This document shows positions 25,753 to 38,300 of a stretch of DNA of 64,000 bases, one piece after another. Every line of letters begins with the position of its first letter. Within the stretch, counting starts at the first letter, position 1. The notes under the pieces are model-generated. The model had not been told where the DNA came from and searched no databases. It saw nothing but the letters and a program-made list of their open reading frames with translations. Source of the stretch: Azolla caroliniana (taxonomy: Eukaryota; Plantae; Polypodiophyta); the NCBI GenBank assembly GCA_043228905.1, contig JBHGNT010000016.1, forward strand, positions 11,718,001 to 11,782,000. Reading direction: 5' to 3'. Made by a program: the position numbers and the translations under genes.

Positions 25753-28603
25753 TGTTAAACACAGCGCTCGGCCACAACCGAGGAATAGGATCAACTCACT
25801 GAAAACAGGAAATACAAAATGCGCGAAGACAATAGAGAGAAGAGTACACAGGATGTTTTACGTGGAAAACCCTAAATGGGAAAAACCACGGGAGTCCTCA
25901 AACTCCAACTATCACTATAAACAGAGATGTACAATGGTGAAGCTACAAGGCAACAACCTTGAGCTCACTGTCTTCGCCACAGGCGGCGGTAATACACAGA
26001 GGCAACGACCTCTTCGTCTCTCTCTCTCTCTCTCTCTATCTCTCGGCTGCTCACTTAGCTCCCTCTAAGTGGAAAACAGAAAAATGAGTAACAACTACAA
26101 AAACTGTTTGCCCTAGGTCATATTTGTACACATATGACTTTCGGGCTATTTACAAATATAGCCTCAAGGGCCCTTGGCAAACATATTCACAAATATGTCC
26201 CCGCATCCGGATCTCTCTCCGGGTACATTCGTCATCCGGCTCCGTAGCCGGGGTCATCATCATCCGGATCTGTAGCCGGGTACTCTTCATCCTCCGGTTC
26301 CGTAACCGCAACCGGGCTTGCCGTCATTCATCTCCGGACATCCCATCCGGAGGGACCGAAATCCCAACAAACTCCCCCTTCACTTCGGCATGGGATGTCT
26401 CTGCAATCCAATCCTCTTCCGGCATGCTTCCAGCTTGTCGGGTGTGAGTACCTTGGTCAGCATATCCGACCCGTTCTCGTCCGTGTGGATCTTCGTCAGC
26501 ACGAACTCCTTGTCTTCTATCCTTTCCCGAATCCAGTGATATCTACGCTGGATGTGTTTCGTCCGAGAATGGTAGGCCGCGTTCTTCGCAAGGTGGATGG
26601 CACTCTGACTATCGCAGTAGAGCCGGTACTCCTCCTGCCGGATACCGAGCTCTCTAATGAAGTCCTTCATCCATATTATTTCCTTGCCGGCTTCAACAGC
26701 TGCCATGTACTCCGCCTCCGTGGTTGACAACGCAACCGTCTTCTGCAACCTCGACTGCCACGAAACGGCTCCCCCTGCATATGTCATTACATACCCAGAT
26801 GTAGACCGGCTGGTATCCGCATCAGCCGACATGTCCGAATCGGTAAATCCATCGAGTTCGGGCTTACCGGAGCCAAATCGGAGGCACATGTTCGAAGTGC
26901 CCTTTAAGTATCGGAGTATCCATTTGACCGCGTTCCAGTGCTCTTTGCCGGGATTGCTCATGTACCGGCTCACCACTCCGATTGCATATCCTATGTCCGG
27001 TCTGGTACACACCATTGCATACATCAAGCTTCCGACGGCAGAGGCATATGGTACTTTCATCATGTCCTCCTTCTCAGCCTTTGTCTTGGGGCTTTGCTTG
27101 CTGGACAACTTGCAGTTTGCCGGGAGGGTTGACCCGACCGGTCTTGCTTCCGACATGTTGAACCGGTGAAGCACCTTTGTCACGTACTTCTCCTGTGACA
27201 GCCACAACTGCTTCTTCTTCCGGTCCCAGATGATGTGCATCCCTAGTATTTGCCTTGCCGGACCCAGGTCCTTCATTGAGAAGGTTCGGTGAAGCGCTTT
27301 CTTCAGCATCCGTATCTTGACCTGGTCCCGTCCGACGATCAACATGTCGTCCACGTACAGGAGGAGTATTAGAAAGTCTCCTCCTTCGAACTTCTTCACA
27401 AACACGCAGTGATCGGACTGCGTTTTGTGGTACCCTTCGTCGGTCATGAAGGAGTCGAACTTCCGGTACCACTGCCGGGGAGCCTGCTTCAGTCCGTAAA
27501 GGCTCTTCTTCAACCGGCATACCAGGTGCTCCTTCCCTTTCTTCTCGAATCCTTCCGGTTGTTGCATGTAGATCTCTTCTTCGAGGTCACCGTGAAGGAA
27601 TGCCGTCTTCACGTCCATCTGTTCTACCTCGAGGTCCATGCTTGCCGCTATGCTCAGCACCGTCCGGATGGAGGTTATCTTCACTACCGGGGCAAATATC
27701 TCGTCGAAGTCGACGCCCTTCTTCTGCTGGAACCCCTTCACCACGATCCTGGCTTTGTATCTCGGGGGGTTTCCCGCATCTCCCGGTTTCAGCTTGAACA
27801 CCCACTTGTTTCGAAGTGCCCGCTTTCCTTTCGGCAACTCCACAAGTTCATATGTGTGGTTCTCATGCAGGGAATCCATCTTTATCTTCCAGTCGGCGTA
27901 GTTCTGTGAGTTCAACACCATCATGCCCGGAGGCCCACTACCGACGCCTTCCATTTTCTGTGTTAACCTCGGCTCTGATACCACTTTGTTAAACACAGCG
28001 CTCGGCCACAACCGAGGAATAGGATCAACTCACTGAAAACAGGAAATACAAAATGCGCGAAGACAATAGAGAGAAGAGTACACAGGATGTTTTACGTGGA
28101 AAACCCTAAATGGGAAAAACCACGGGAGTCCTCAAACTCCAACTATCACTATAAACAGAGATGTACAATGGTGAAGCTACAAGGCAACAACCTTGAGCTC
28201 ACTGTCTTCGCCACAGGCGGCGGTAATACACAGAGGCAACGACCTCTTCGTCTCTCTCTCTCTCTCTCTCTATCTCTCGGCTGCTCACTTAGCTCCCTCT
28301 AAGTGGAAAACAGAAAAATGAGTAACAACTACAAAAACTGTTTGCCCTAGGTCATATTTGTACACATATGACTTTCAGGCTATTTACAAATATAGCCTCA
28401 AGGACCCTTGGCAAACATATTCACAAATATGTCCCCGCATCCGGATCTCTCTCCGGGTACATTCGTCATCCGGCTCCGTAGCCGGGGTCATCATCATCCG
28501 GATCTATAGCCGGGTACTCTTCATCCTCCGGTTCCGTAACCACAACCGGGCTTGCCGTCATTCATCTCCGGACATCCCATCCGGAGGGACCGAAATCCCA
28601 ACA
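25753..28603 (-). mobile_element. Short copia element H (2851 bp) lacking most of gag, protease and integrase
   Basis: 617-bp LTRs 25753-26369 and 27987-28603; perfect TSD AACCG; PBS 27972-27983; PPT 26370-26380. Confidence 0.96.
26380..27954 (-). CDS. Gag N-terminal peptide fused in frame to complete copia RT-RNase H (524 aa)
   Basis: Uninterrupted ORF from the ATG at 27954: MEGVG...NYADWKIKM|DSLHENHTYELV...YVDD...RNase H. Confidence 0.88.
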   Translation of the reverse strand: MEGVGSGPPGMMVLNSQNYADWKIKMDSLHENHTYELVELPKGKRALRNKWVFKLKPGDAGNPPRYKARIVVKGFQQKKGVDFDEIFAPVVKITSIRTVLSIAASMDLEVEQMDVKTAFLHGDLEEEIYMQQPEGFEKKGKEHLVCRLKKSLYGLKQAPRQWYRKFDSFMTDEGYHKTQSDHCVFVKKFEGGDFLILLLYVDDMLIVGRDQVKIRMLKKALHRTFSMKDLGPARQILGMHIIWDRKKKQLWLSQEKYVTKVLHRFNMSEARPVGSTLPANCKLSSKQSPKTKAEKEDMMKVPYASAVGSLMYAMVCTRPDIGYAIGVVSRYMSNPGKEHWNAVKWILRYLKGTSNMCLRFGSGKPELDGFTDSDMSADADTSRSTSGYVMTYAGGAVSWQSRLQKTVALSTTEAEYMAAVEAGKEIIWMKDFIRELGIRQEEYRLYCDSQSAIHLAKNAAYHSRTKHIQRRYHWIRERIEDKEFVLTKIHTDENGSDMLTKVLTPDKLEACRKRIGLQRHPMPK

Positions 28604-30057
28604 AACCGGCTGGTCCCTCGAGTGCTAACCGGTCTCTTGCCGGTTGGGACTGTTCATCGTAGAGTCGATCCTTACCGGTCGACTCGGAGTTCATTATCTT
28701 CTTCTCTGACTCCCAGCTGGCGAGCATCTTGTCCTCCATGAACATAATATCTCGGCTCCGGAATACCTTCTTGTCGACCAGGTCCCACACTCGGTATCCG
28801 AACTCATCGTCACCGTAACCGAGGAATATGCATGGCCGGGTCTTTTGATCTAACTTTCCTCTCCGGTCCTTAGCTACATGCATGTACGCGAGACACCCGA
28901 ACACCTTCAAATGCCGGTAGGATACTTCCTTACCGGTCCATACTCTCCATGGCCTGTCTCCGTCCAAGGGTACTGAGGGTGATTTGTTTATCACATATGT
29001 CGCCGTCGACAGTGCCTCAACCCAAAACTTCTTGGGTAGTTTTGCATGCGCCAGCATACTCTGGACCCTCTCCATTATGGTCCGATTCATCCTCTCGGCC
29101 AGTCCGTTTACTTCCGGCGTCTTTGGCACGGTAAATTCGAGCCGGGTTCCCTTCGAGCGACAGTACTCTTGGAACTGCCCCCGGTATTCACCTCCGTTAT
29201 CTGCTGGACCGCCTTCAGCTTCCGGCCAGTTTCTCTTTCCACTCTCGCGTGGAGCTCTCTGAAGACGGATAGCACCTGATCCTTCGTCTTCAACGGTGTG
29301 GCCCACAGCTTCTGGCTGTGGTCATCTATGAATGTCACGAAGTACTGCGCTCCGGCATGTGACTTCGTGTCTACTTGATACACATCCGTATGCACCAACT
29401 CCAGTGGTGCATTACGTCTCATCGGTGGCCTTGGTAGGAAGGAGGTCCGGTTTTGCTTACCGGCCAGACAATCAGTGCACTTCTCCAAGTGCACGTTCTT
29501 CACTGGAATGAGGCTGTCGTCTGCAAGCCTCTTCATCCCCTTCTCGCTCATATGACACAGCCTCTTGTGCCACAGCTCACCGGCAGTGTCGGATGCCACG
29601 TTCACTTCTTCCGGACATAACCGAGCATTCATCAGGTACAGTGTGTTGACCTTCTGGGCCCGAGCCACAATCAGGCTCCCTTTGCTGAACTTCATGACAC
29701 CGTTCCGGATGCTACCCGTGTAACCTTCATCATCTAGCCGACCGGCTGATATCAGGTTCAGACGAACCTCCGGAACGTGTCGGACATCCTTCAGCAACAA
29801 CTTGCATCCGGTTGGTGTTGTCAACCACACATCTCCTATGCCGACAATTCGGCATGTACCTTCATTCCCCATCCGGACACACCCGTGATCACCGGCTGAG
29901 TAGGATGAGAAGCATTTCCGGTCCGGGGTAAGGTGGAACGACGCTCCGGAGTCTACCACCCAGGTCATCACATCGCCAGCAAGGTTTATCTCACTCTCCT
30001 CGGTGATGAGCATCAACTCTTCTTCACTTGCCGCGATTGCCGTCGTTCCCTTCCAGT

Positions 30058-30249
30058 CCGTCCCCCTCCGGTCTTTACCGTTCCGGTCCGGGGTCCGCTT
30101 CGAATCGGTACCATTGGTTTCCTTGTCTTTTCGGAAATGCCGACAGTTCTTTACCGTCCCCCTCCGGTCTTTACCGTTCCGGTCCGGGGTCCGCTTCGAA
30201 TCGGTACCATTGGTTTCCTTGTCTTTTCGGAAATGCCGACAGTTCTTTT
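30058..30249. repeat. 96-bp in-frame tandem duplication in gag of F
   Basis: KNCRHFRKDKETNGTDSKRTPDRNGKDRRGT occurs twice; D and J have a single copy. Confidence 0.9.
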
Positions 30250-31273
30250 GGAATTGTCCCGGCTTGCCGCAATAGAAGCAAGTAGGCCTCCCCCTTGACT
30301 TTGACCGTGTCCCCGACTTCTCCCGGTTCTGGGGACTACGGTTTCTATGTCTTCCACGTTCCGATTCGGTAAGGAGCGCTTTGGAATCAGAGCTCGTATC
30401 TTTATCTTTCTGACACGCGTCCTCATCTAGCAGGCTTGACTTTACTCTTGCTAGGGATAACCGTTTTCCTTCCGGCCCGGCGTTGCCCAAAGTGACAACC
30501 AACGTCTCCCAGCTATCAGGGAGGGAACCGAGCTGGAGCAGCGCTAGTACCTCATCGGCAAGAGGTACTTCCAATGATGTTGCCTGATGGATCAACCCTT
30601 GGAAGGCATTCATGTGCTCCGCCATGCTGGAGCCATCTTGGTACCGGAGTCTTACTAGCTTCCGGAATACCGAAACCTGATTGACAACATTTTTGTTTTT
30701 AAACATAATGCCGATCTTCTCCTAGAGCTCATGAGCCTTGCTCTCTTCATTGAATTTGTTGTATAGGCTCATGTTGATGAAGCACCGTATGTACGTCGTT
30801 GTCTTCATGTGCATCACCTCCCATATCGTGGCGTCGATTTTGTCCAGTTTCTTGTCCCCGAACTGAACCGGGAACCAAAGATCTTTAACCACGAGCATGT
30901 CCCTCATCTTCGACTTCCACACCGAATAGTTGGAGCCGGTGAGCTTGAACATGCCTCCCAACGAATCGTCCATTTTCTGAGCCGTTTTTGCTCTGATACC
31001 ACTTGACAGGAACTCAACGCTCCTTATGCGCAATGCTCGGACACAACCGAGCTTAAAATCATACACAGAAAAATGGGAATGAATGCATGACACAAGAGAA
31101 GAGACGAGTACGCAGGATGTTTACGTGGAAAACCCAAACTAAGGGAAAAACTACGGCATCCCAGAGGCTGCAAACTATCACTATGCTAGAATGTACAACA
31201 ATGAGTTCACGGAGGCAACGACCTCGTGCTCACGATCCTCGCCACAGGCGGCGGTTACAACAGAGGCAACGAC

Positions 31274-31312
<39 letters not shown>

Positions 31313-32825
31313 CACGGTTACACGCTATCGCTCTTCTTGCACCAACAAGAATAACAACTTCAAAAGTTTGCCCTAAGTCATATTTATACTAATATGACTT
31401 TTCCGCTATTTACAAATATAGCCATGATGGACTCTCAGAAACATATTTACGAATATGTCTCTTCATCCGGTGAGCACTTCTCACCGGGTCTGCATCATCC
31501 GGCTCTTCGTAGCCGGGTACTCCTCATCCGGTTTTCACCGGGTCTGTACCATCCGGCTCTCCGTAACCGGGTACTCCTCATCCGGTTCTCACCGGGTCTG
31601 TACCATCCGGCTCTCCGTAGTCGGGTACTCGTCATACAGTTCTTCTCCCTTCCCATCTGAAGGGACCTGTCTCCCAACATACTCTGCCTCTATGGTCAAC
31701 AAGGCCACAGACTTTTGCAGTCTTGATTGCCATGACACTGCTCCACCTACATAGGTCTTCATGTACCCAGGAGTGGATCGACTTGACTCTACATCGATCG
31801 ACTTGACTCTACATCCCCCGACATTTCCGAATTGGTAAATCCTTCGAGCACGGATTTTTCAATTCCAAAACCTTGAGGTGCTTTTTAGGTACCTGAGTAT
31901 CCCTTTGAAAGCTGTCGAGTGTTCTTGTCCTAGATTACTCATATATCGTCGTACTGTTCCCACAACATCAAACTGATGACGGTCGAGCCATATGGTACTT
32001 TCCTCATTTCAACTTTCTCCTTTTCACTCTTTGGGCATGCTTAGCATTCAACCTGTAGTTTGTCGGCAACATAGAACCCACTGGCTTTGCTTCCGACATG
32101 TTGAATCTTTCTAAGATCCTTGTCACATATTTCTTTTGTGACAACCACAACACATTCTTAGTTCTATCTCGAACGATGTGCATCCACAAGATCTATTTAG
32201 ATAGTCCAAGATCTTTCATGGCAAACGACTTTCCCAAAGCTTTCTTCAAGCTCACGATCCTCTTCATGTCTTGTCCGACTATCAACATGTCATCCACGTA
32301 TAATAAGAGAATCAAGAAGTTTGCTTCATCATACCTTTTGACGAACACACAGTGATCTGCCTATGTTTTGTGGAACCTATGTTCCAACATGAAGGAACCT
32401 TTTCACTCATGTAGTCATGCCTCTTATGCCATAACTCTCTGCTTGAGTCGGTTACCACATTTGCATTCAACTTGCACAGTCGGGCATGCATCATATATAA
32501 TGTGCCCTCTTTCTGTGCTTGGACCACAATCAGATTTCCCCGACAAAACTTCCATTTGCCATTTCGGAAGCTACCACTATAGCCTTCATCATCCAATCTT
32601 TCAGTTGATATCAGGTTCAATCTTATATCGGGGACATGTTGAACTTCCTTTTGAGTCAGTCGACAACCTATCAACGTTTTCAAGCATACACTTCCTATGC
32701 CGACTATCTTGCATTCTTCGTTATCTCCTATCTTTACAGAAGCACTCTCTCGAGGGAGTTATATGGAAAGATGCACCAGAGTCAATCACCTAGGTGCACT
32801 CTTCTCTTGCAAGATTTGCACTTGT

Positions 32826-35058
32826 TGTCACGACCCAAGCTTCAAAGACGATGTTGATTTGGAAGAAAAGAATATAATAACAAAGAAGAAGACAATAATA
32901 GGACAAAAAGACAATAATTTCTATTACCGAAAACCAAGATTTCAAGGTTGCTGAAGACTGGTGTTAAACCGAAATGGTTCAATACTAAGAAGATCTTCGA
33001 CTAATATAGTGTACATCGGATTGCGCATGATCGCCATTTGGCATACATGTTATGTGCCACTTGGCATACACGCATGCATGCTATTTGGTGGTCACTTACT
33101 GTGTCTAGTGCCCCTAATTCTTGAATAATAATAATATGAAAATACATTTATTAAGATAAATATGTGTAATGGTTAGAGTGTAAGACCGTTGCCTAAAAGT
33201 ACAAGTTCGAATCTTGATATTGACATTTTGTGACATCATCCTCCTTTGGCGACGAGTTCCATGAGTGGCAATGCATGAACTAGGTTTTGGTTTATGGGGA
33301 TAACGAGGATGAAAATCTTGTATAAGTTTAGAGGCATTAATGATGTTCGTTGCAGGTTCCCATGTTCAATCCGCAGGCGTGTATCCAAGACAATCTAGAT
33401 AATATAGCTTATTGTGGATGATCTTGGAGTCCAAAATAGCTTCTACTTCATATTGGGGTCCTTCAGCAAACTGAACAGGAGGTAGTGGTGGAATAACCCG
33501 ATTTGGGATAGAACTTGATGTCCATGGTTCTAGCAATGAAACATGAAATACTGGATGAAGACGCATATGTGAAGGTAGGTCCAGATGAAATGCAACATCG
33601 TCCACGTGATGACAGATTACAAATGGACTTAGACGTTGGAAATCCAATTTGTTACATGGTCGAGTAGTTTTCACATTACGACGGAATAACCATACATAAT
33701 CACCAACTTTAAACTTAGGGTCCTCAAGTCTAGAATCTAAGTGATGTTTATCTGCCACCTTCTTGTACTTGGCTTGAGGATGAAGCAAATTATAGGAAAG
33801 GTTGGCTTGAATTTCTTTGAGTTGTTTTAGACAATCCTTGACCACGAGATTGTTTGGGACTTTTGGACATTCGAGCATCATCCATCGAGGATGATATCCA
33901 GTGTTTCCAAAGAATGGAGTGAATCCCGTAGAAGAATGGATTGAATTATTGTAAGCAAATTTTGCCATATATAAGAAATTCATCCCATCATCTTGTTGAT
34001 AGTTGATAAAGCAACAAAGATATTGTTCTAATGTTTGATTTGTGCGTTCTATTTGACCATCATTTTGAGGATGGTAGCTTGAAGATAGTTTACGAGAAAG
34101 TCGAAGGATCTCAAGTAAGTGTATCCAAAACTTTGCAATAAATTCTGGCCCACGATCACTAATGATTTCATCTGGAAGGCCATGGTGCTTGAAAACTTCT
34201 TGCATAACAAGACTTGTTATTTCCTGACTAGTAAAAGTCTTTCTACATGGAAGAAAATGTGTCACTTTCGTAAAGTGATCCACCATTGTAAGAATAGCAT
34301 CATAGCCTTCAGAAGATGGGAGATCTATGATGAAATCGATAGAAATGGATTTCCACAGACCATTTGGAATGGGCAATGGGTGCAACAAACCATATGGTCG
34401 ATGTCGAGGCATCTTTGATTGACAACATACATCACAAGTAGAAACATAGTCTATGACAAATTGACGAACCTGAGGCCACCAATAGTTTCGGGTTATTGGC
34501 TCTAATATTTTCAAAACTCCGAAATGTCCAGCTAATGGTGAATAATGGCAATGTTGCAAGACTTCAAGTCAAGAAGGTTCATCAGGAATATAAGTACGTT
34601 TGTTTCAAAAAAGCAACCCATCATGCCCATTGAAATTCCCATAATCCATGCGAGAAAACTTGGAGCGTGAACAAGAAGCATGATCTGGAACAATGTGGTC
34701 TAAAATATCTTGTGCAAAATCATCTGAACCAATGCTCGAGCAAATAGAATCAAGAAATTTTGAATCTAAATTTGTCTTAGAAACCAAGATTAAAACATTA
34801 TTGAAGACTGGTTCAACGCAAAATATCAATATCAAGATTCGAACTTGTGACCTTTAAACAATGCTAGTGTACATCCGATCGTGCATGATCACCATTTGGC
34901 ATACATGCTATGTGCCACTTGGCATACATGCACGCATGCCATTTGGCGGTCACTTACTGTATCTAGTGCCCCTAATTCTTGAATAATAATAATATGGAAA
35001 TATATTTGTTAATTAAGATAAATGGATGTAATGGTTAGAGTGTAAGATTATTGTGACA
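32826..35058 (-). mobile_element. Gypsy chromovirus G (B-related), internally deleted
   Basis: 3' LTR 32826-33235 (TGTCAC...GTGACA); PPT ~33236-33248; integrase + chromodomain ORF 33366-34559; rearranged 5' LTR ~34802-35058; TSD cttgt/cttgc. Confidence 0.88.
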
Positions 35059-35319
35059 CTTGCCTATTCACAAATGAACATAATTTCTTCTTCGCTCGTA
35101 GCGATGGCTGAAGTGCCCTTTTCATAAGAAATCTTCATGGGTTCAACATCATTGCAAACACCTTTGTCCTTCTTGAGTTGTCAGCAGTCCTTCTCCAAGT
35201 GTCCAAGTTTTCCACAATAGAAACATGTAAGCTTGCCTCTGAACTTGGATTTGGCATGGGATTCGTCCCTCCTTTGTGGACTTCTCGGTCTATTCGTTCC
35301 TCTACTGGAATGTGGAGTC

Positions 35320-38300
35320 AGGGTCCGACGATCAATATGTAACCCACATACAACAGGAGTATCAGGAAGTCTCCTCCGTTGAACTTCTTCACAAATACGC
35401 AGTGGTTGTCCTGTGTCTTGTGGTATCATTGGTTGGTCATGAAGGAGTCAAACTTCCGGTACCATTTCCAGGGAGCTTGTTGTAGTCATGATATGGCAAA
35501 ACTCGAACCCATGACCTTATGGTATATGGGTCGAGCTCTTAACCATCACACCATCTATTGTAATTTGTAGAATATTATTTTCATTTATGCTTTATTATAA
35601 GAAATGAATGTATATTCCAGATTTCTCTAGAACATTCTAGAAGCTTCAGGACTACTCTTGAGAGCACTATAAAAGGAGGCACAAGGCATTGTTTTGAACC
35701 AAATTGGTTCAACGCCAGTCTTAAGCCTCTTAGCCACTTTATACTTATCCTTCACATAATATATTAGTTGTTATCATCATCTCTCTCTCTCTCATCCTCA
35801 CTATCTCTCTCTCCTCTTCTCTCTCTCTCTCTCTCTCGGGAATCTTACACAGTCCCGTCCTCTTAGTACTAATAGTACTTGTCTTCTTTAGTACTAATTC
35901 TCTCTCTACTTTAGTACTATTCCTGATAGCTGTAGTCAATATAAGATCTTCTTCAACTAGCATACCAGGTGGTCCTTCCCTTTCTTGACAAATCCCTCCA
36001 GTTGTAGGAACGTCACCGTGTAGATCTCTTCTTTGATGTCACCGTGTAGGAACGTCGTCTTGATGTCTACTTTCTCTACCTCGAGGTCCATGCTCGCCCC
36101 TATGCTCAAAACAGTCCGGATGGATTTCATCTTGACTACCGGGGCAAAGATCTCGTCGAAATCCACTCCCTTATTCTGCTGGAAGCCCTTCACCACTATC
36201 CGAGCTTTGTATCTTGGTGGATTTCCAGCATCTCCTGGTTTTAGCTTGCACACCCACTTGTTCCGGAGCGCTCTCTTTCCTTTTGGCAGCTCCGTCATTT
36301 CATATTTGTGGTTCTCATGCAGGGAATCCATCTCAACCTGCATGGCACTTAACCACTTGCGGTTGAGGGTGTCTTTCTTTGCTTAGTCGAAGCTTTCCAG
36401 CTCCCCCTCGTCGGTTAGCAGCACATGCTCTACATCCAAAAATCTCTAGGGGGGCTCTTCTCTCCCTGAGAGGATATCTTCTTCTCCCTTAGTTCTCGAC
36501 CACCGGTTCCTCCATTTGTTCTTCATCCAAATCCGATTCGGGGTCTTGTCTGGTCCCGATGTCCGATTCTTCTTCTTCTTTGATCAGTTCGGTTTCTTTT
36601 CCGACTCTGACCGGTTCGTCAAGTGTCATTTGGCTTCCGGCCGGATGAGTCCTTGTATCTTCTAACCGATCTCTATCGATCGACCCGAAGTCCACTATCT
36701 TCTTCTCCAACTCCCAGTTGACAATGTTCTTGTCTTCCATGAAGACTATGTCTCAGCTCCGGAATACCTTCTTGTCGACCAAATCCCACACTCGATAGCC
36801 GAACTCATCATCACCATATCCAAGGAATATGCATGGTCGGGACTTCGGATCCAACTTTGCTCTCCTGTCCTTTGCTACATGCACATAGGCAAGACAACCG
36901 AACACATTCAGATGCTAGTAAGACACATCTTTACCGGTCCATACTCTTTGTGGTGTGTCTCCGTCCAGGGGTGCTGAAGGTGATCTGTTAATCACATAGT
37001 TTGCCATCGTCAACGCCTCAGCCACTTCTTAAACACCTTAGCATGTACAAGCATACTTCAGACTCTCTCCATTACGGACTGGTACATCCTTTCGGCCAGC
37101 CCGTTTAGTTCTGGCATCTTCGGCACGGTGAATTCGAGCTGGATTCCCTTCAACCGGAAATACTCCTCGAACTTCCCCCAGTATTCTCCTCCATTGTCCA
37201 CTCGAACCACCTTCAGCTTTCGGCCGATTTCCATTTCCACGCTCGCCTGGAATTCCTTAAAGACAGATAATACCTGGTCCTTCGTCTTCAGTGGTAATAC
37301 CCACAGCTTCCGGCTGTGGTCGTCTATGAATGTCACGAAGTACTGCGATCCGGCATATGACTTCGTGTCCACTTGGCATACATTGGTATGCACAAGTTTC
37401 AACGGTGGTCGGGTTCGGAAAGAGGTTTGGTTTTGTTTGCTGGCCAAAACATCGGTGCACTTCTCAAGCTACACGTCTTTCACCTCTATAATGAGGTTAA
37501 CTTCGGCAAGTCTCTGTGTTCCCTTCTGGCTCATGTGGCACAACCTCTTGTGCCACAGCTCACCGACAGTGTCGGATGCCACGTTCACTTCCTCCCAACA
37601 AATCCAGGCATGCATCAGGTACAAAGTTTTGATCTTTCGGGCTCGGGCCATGATCAGGCTTCCTTTGCTAAACTTCATGACTCCGTTCCGGATGCTACCC
37701 ATGTAACCTTCATCATCCAACTGATCGACTAATATCAGGTTCAACCGAACCTCCATAACATGTCAGACATCCTTCAGCAGCAACTTGCACCCGGTTGACG
37801 TTGACAGCAACACATCTCCTTATGCTGACAATTCGGCATGCACCTTCATTTCCCATCCGGACACAACCGTGATCTCCAGCTGTGTACGATGAGAAGCATT
37901 TCCAGTCGAGTGTCAAATGGAACGATGCTCCGGAGTCGTCTCATCACTGACAAGATGCAGCTCATTTTCCTCGGTGATGAGCAGCAGTTCTTCTTCACTT
38001 GTCGTGATTGATATCGTTACTTTCCGATCCAAACTCCTCCGGGCCAGACCCTTATTCGCGTCGGCATTGTCGGTTCCTTTCTCCTTCCAGAAGTGTCGGC
38101 AATTCTTTTGGAAGTCCTCTGGCTTCTCACGGTAGAAGCAAGTGGGCCTCCCCCTTGACTTCGACCTCATCCCTGATTTGTCCCAGTTCTGGGGACTCCG
38201 ATTCCGGCCTCTTCCCCAATTATGGTCGTCTTCCATAACTAAGGCCTTCGAATCGGTTCCAAACTCCTGGTCCTTCCTGCGAGCTTCTTTGTCTAGCAAA

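Larger units (their letters stand above)
23344..31679 (-). mobile_element. Ty1/copia element F (D-related), interrupted by H
   Basis: LTRs 23344-23967 and 31004-31679; perfect TSD TACTC; PBS 30990-31001; PPT ~23968-23978. Confidence 0.95.
22379..35320 (-). mobile_element. Old copia element E, heavily deleted, host of F and G
   Basis: 3' LTR 22379-23000; PPT 23001-23011; RNase H split by F (TSD TACTC); RT/PR remnants 31680-32825; gag remnant 35059-35320. Confidence 0.78.

Noticed and set aside
27870-27890. H junction as a spliced RNA product
   Set aside because: The AAG|ATG context superficially fits exon ends, but gag WKIKM implies ATG rather than GT after AAG, so microhomology deletion is simpler. 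Splicing cannot be fully excluded without the parent element.
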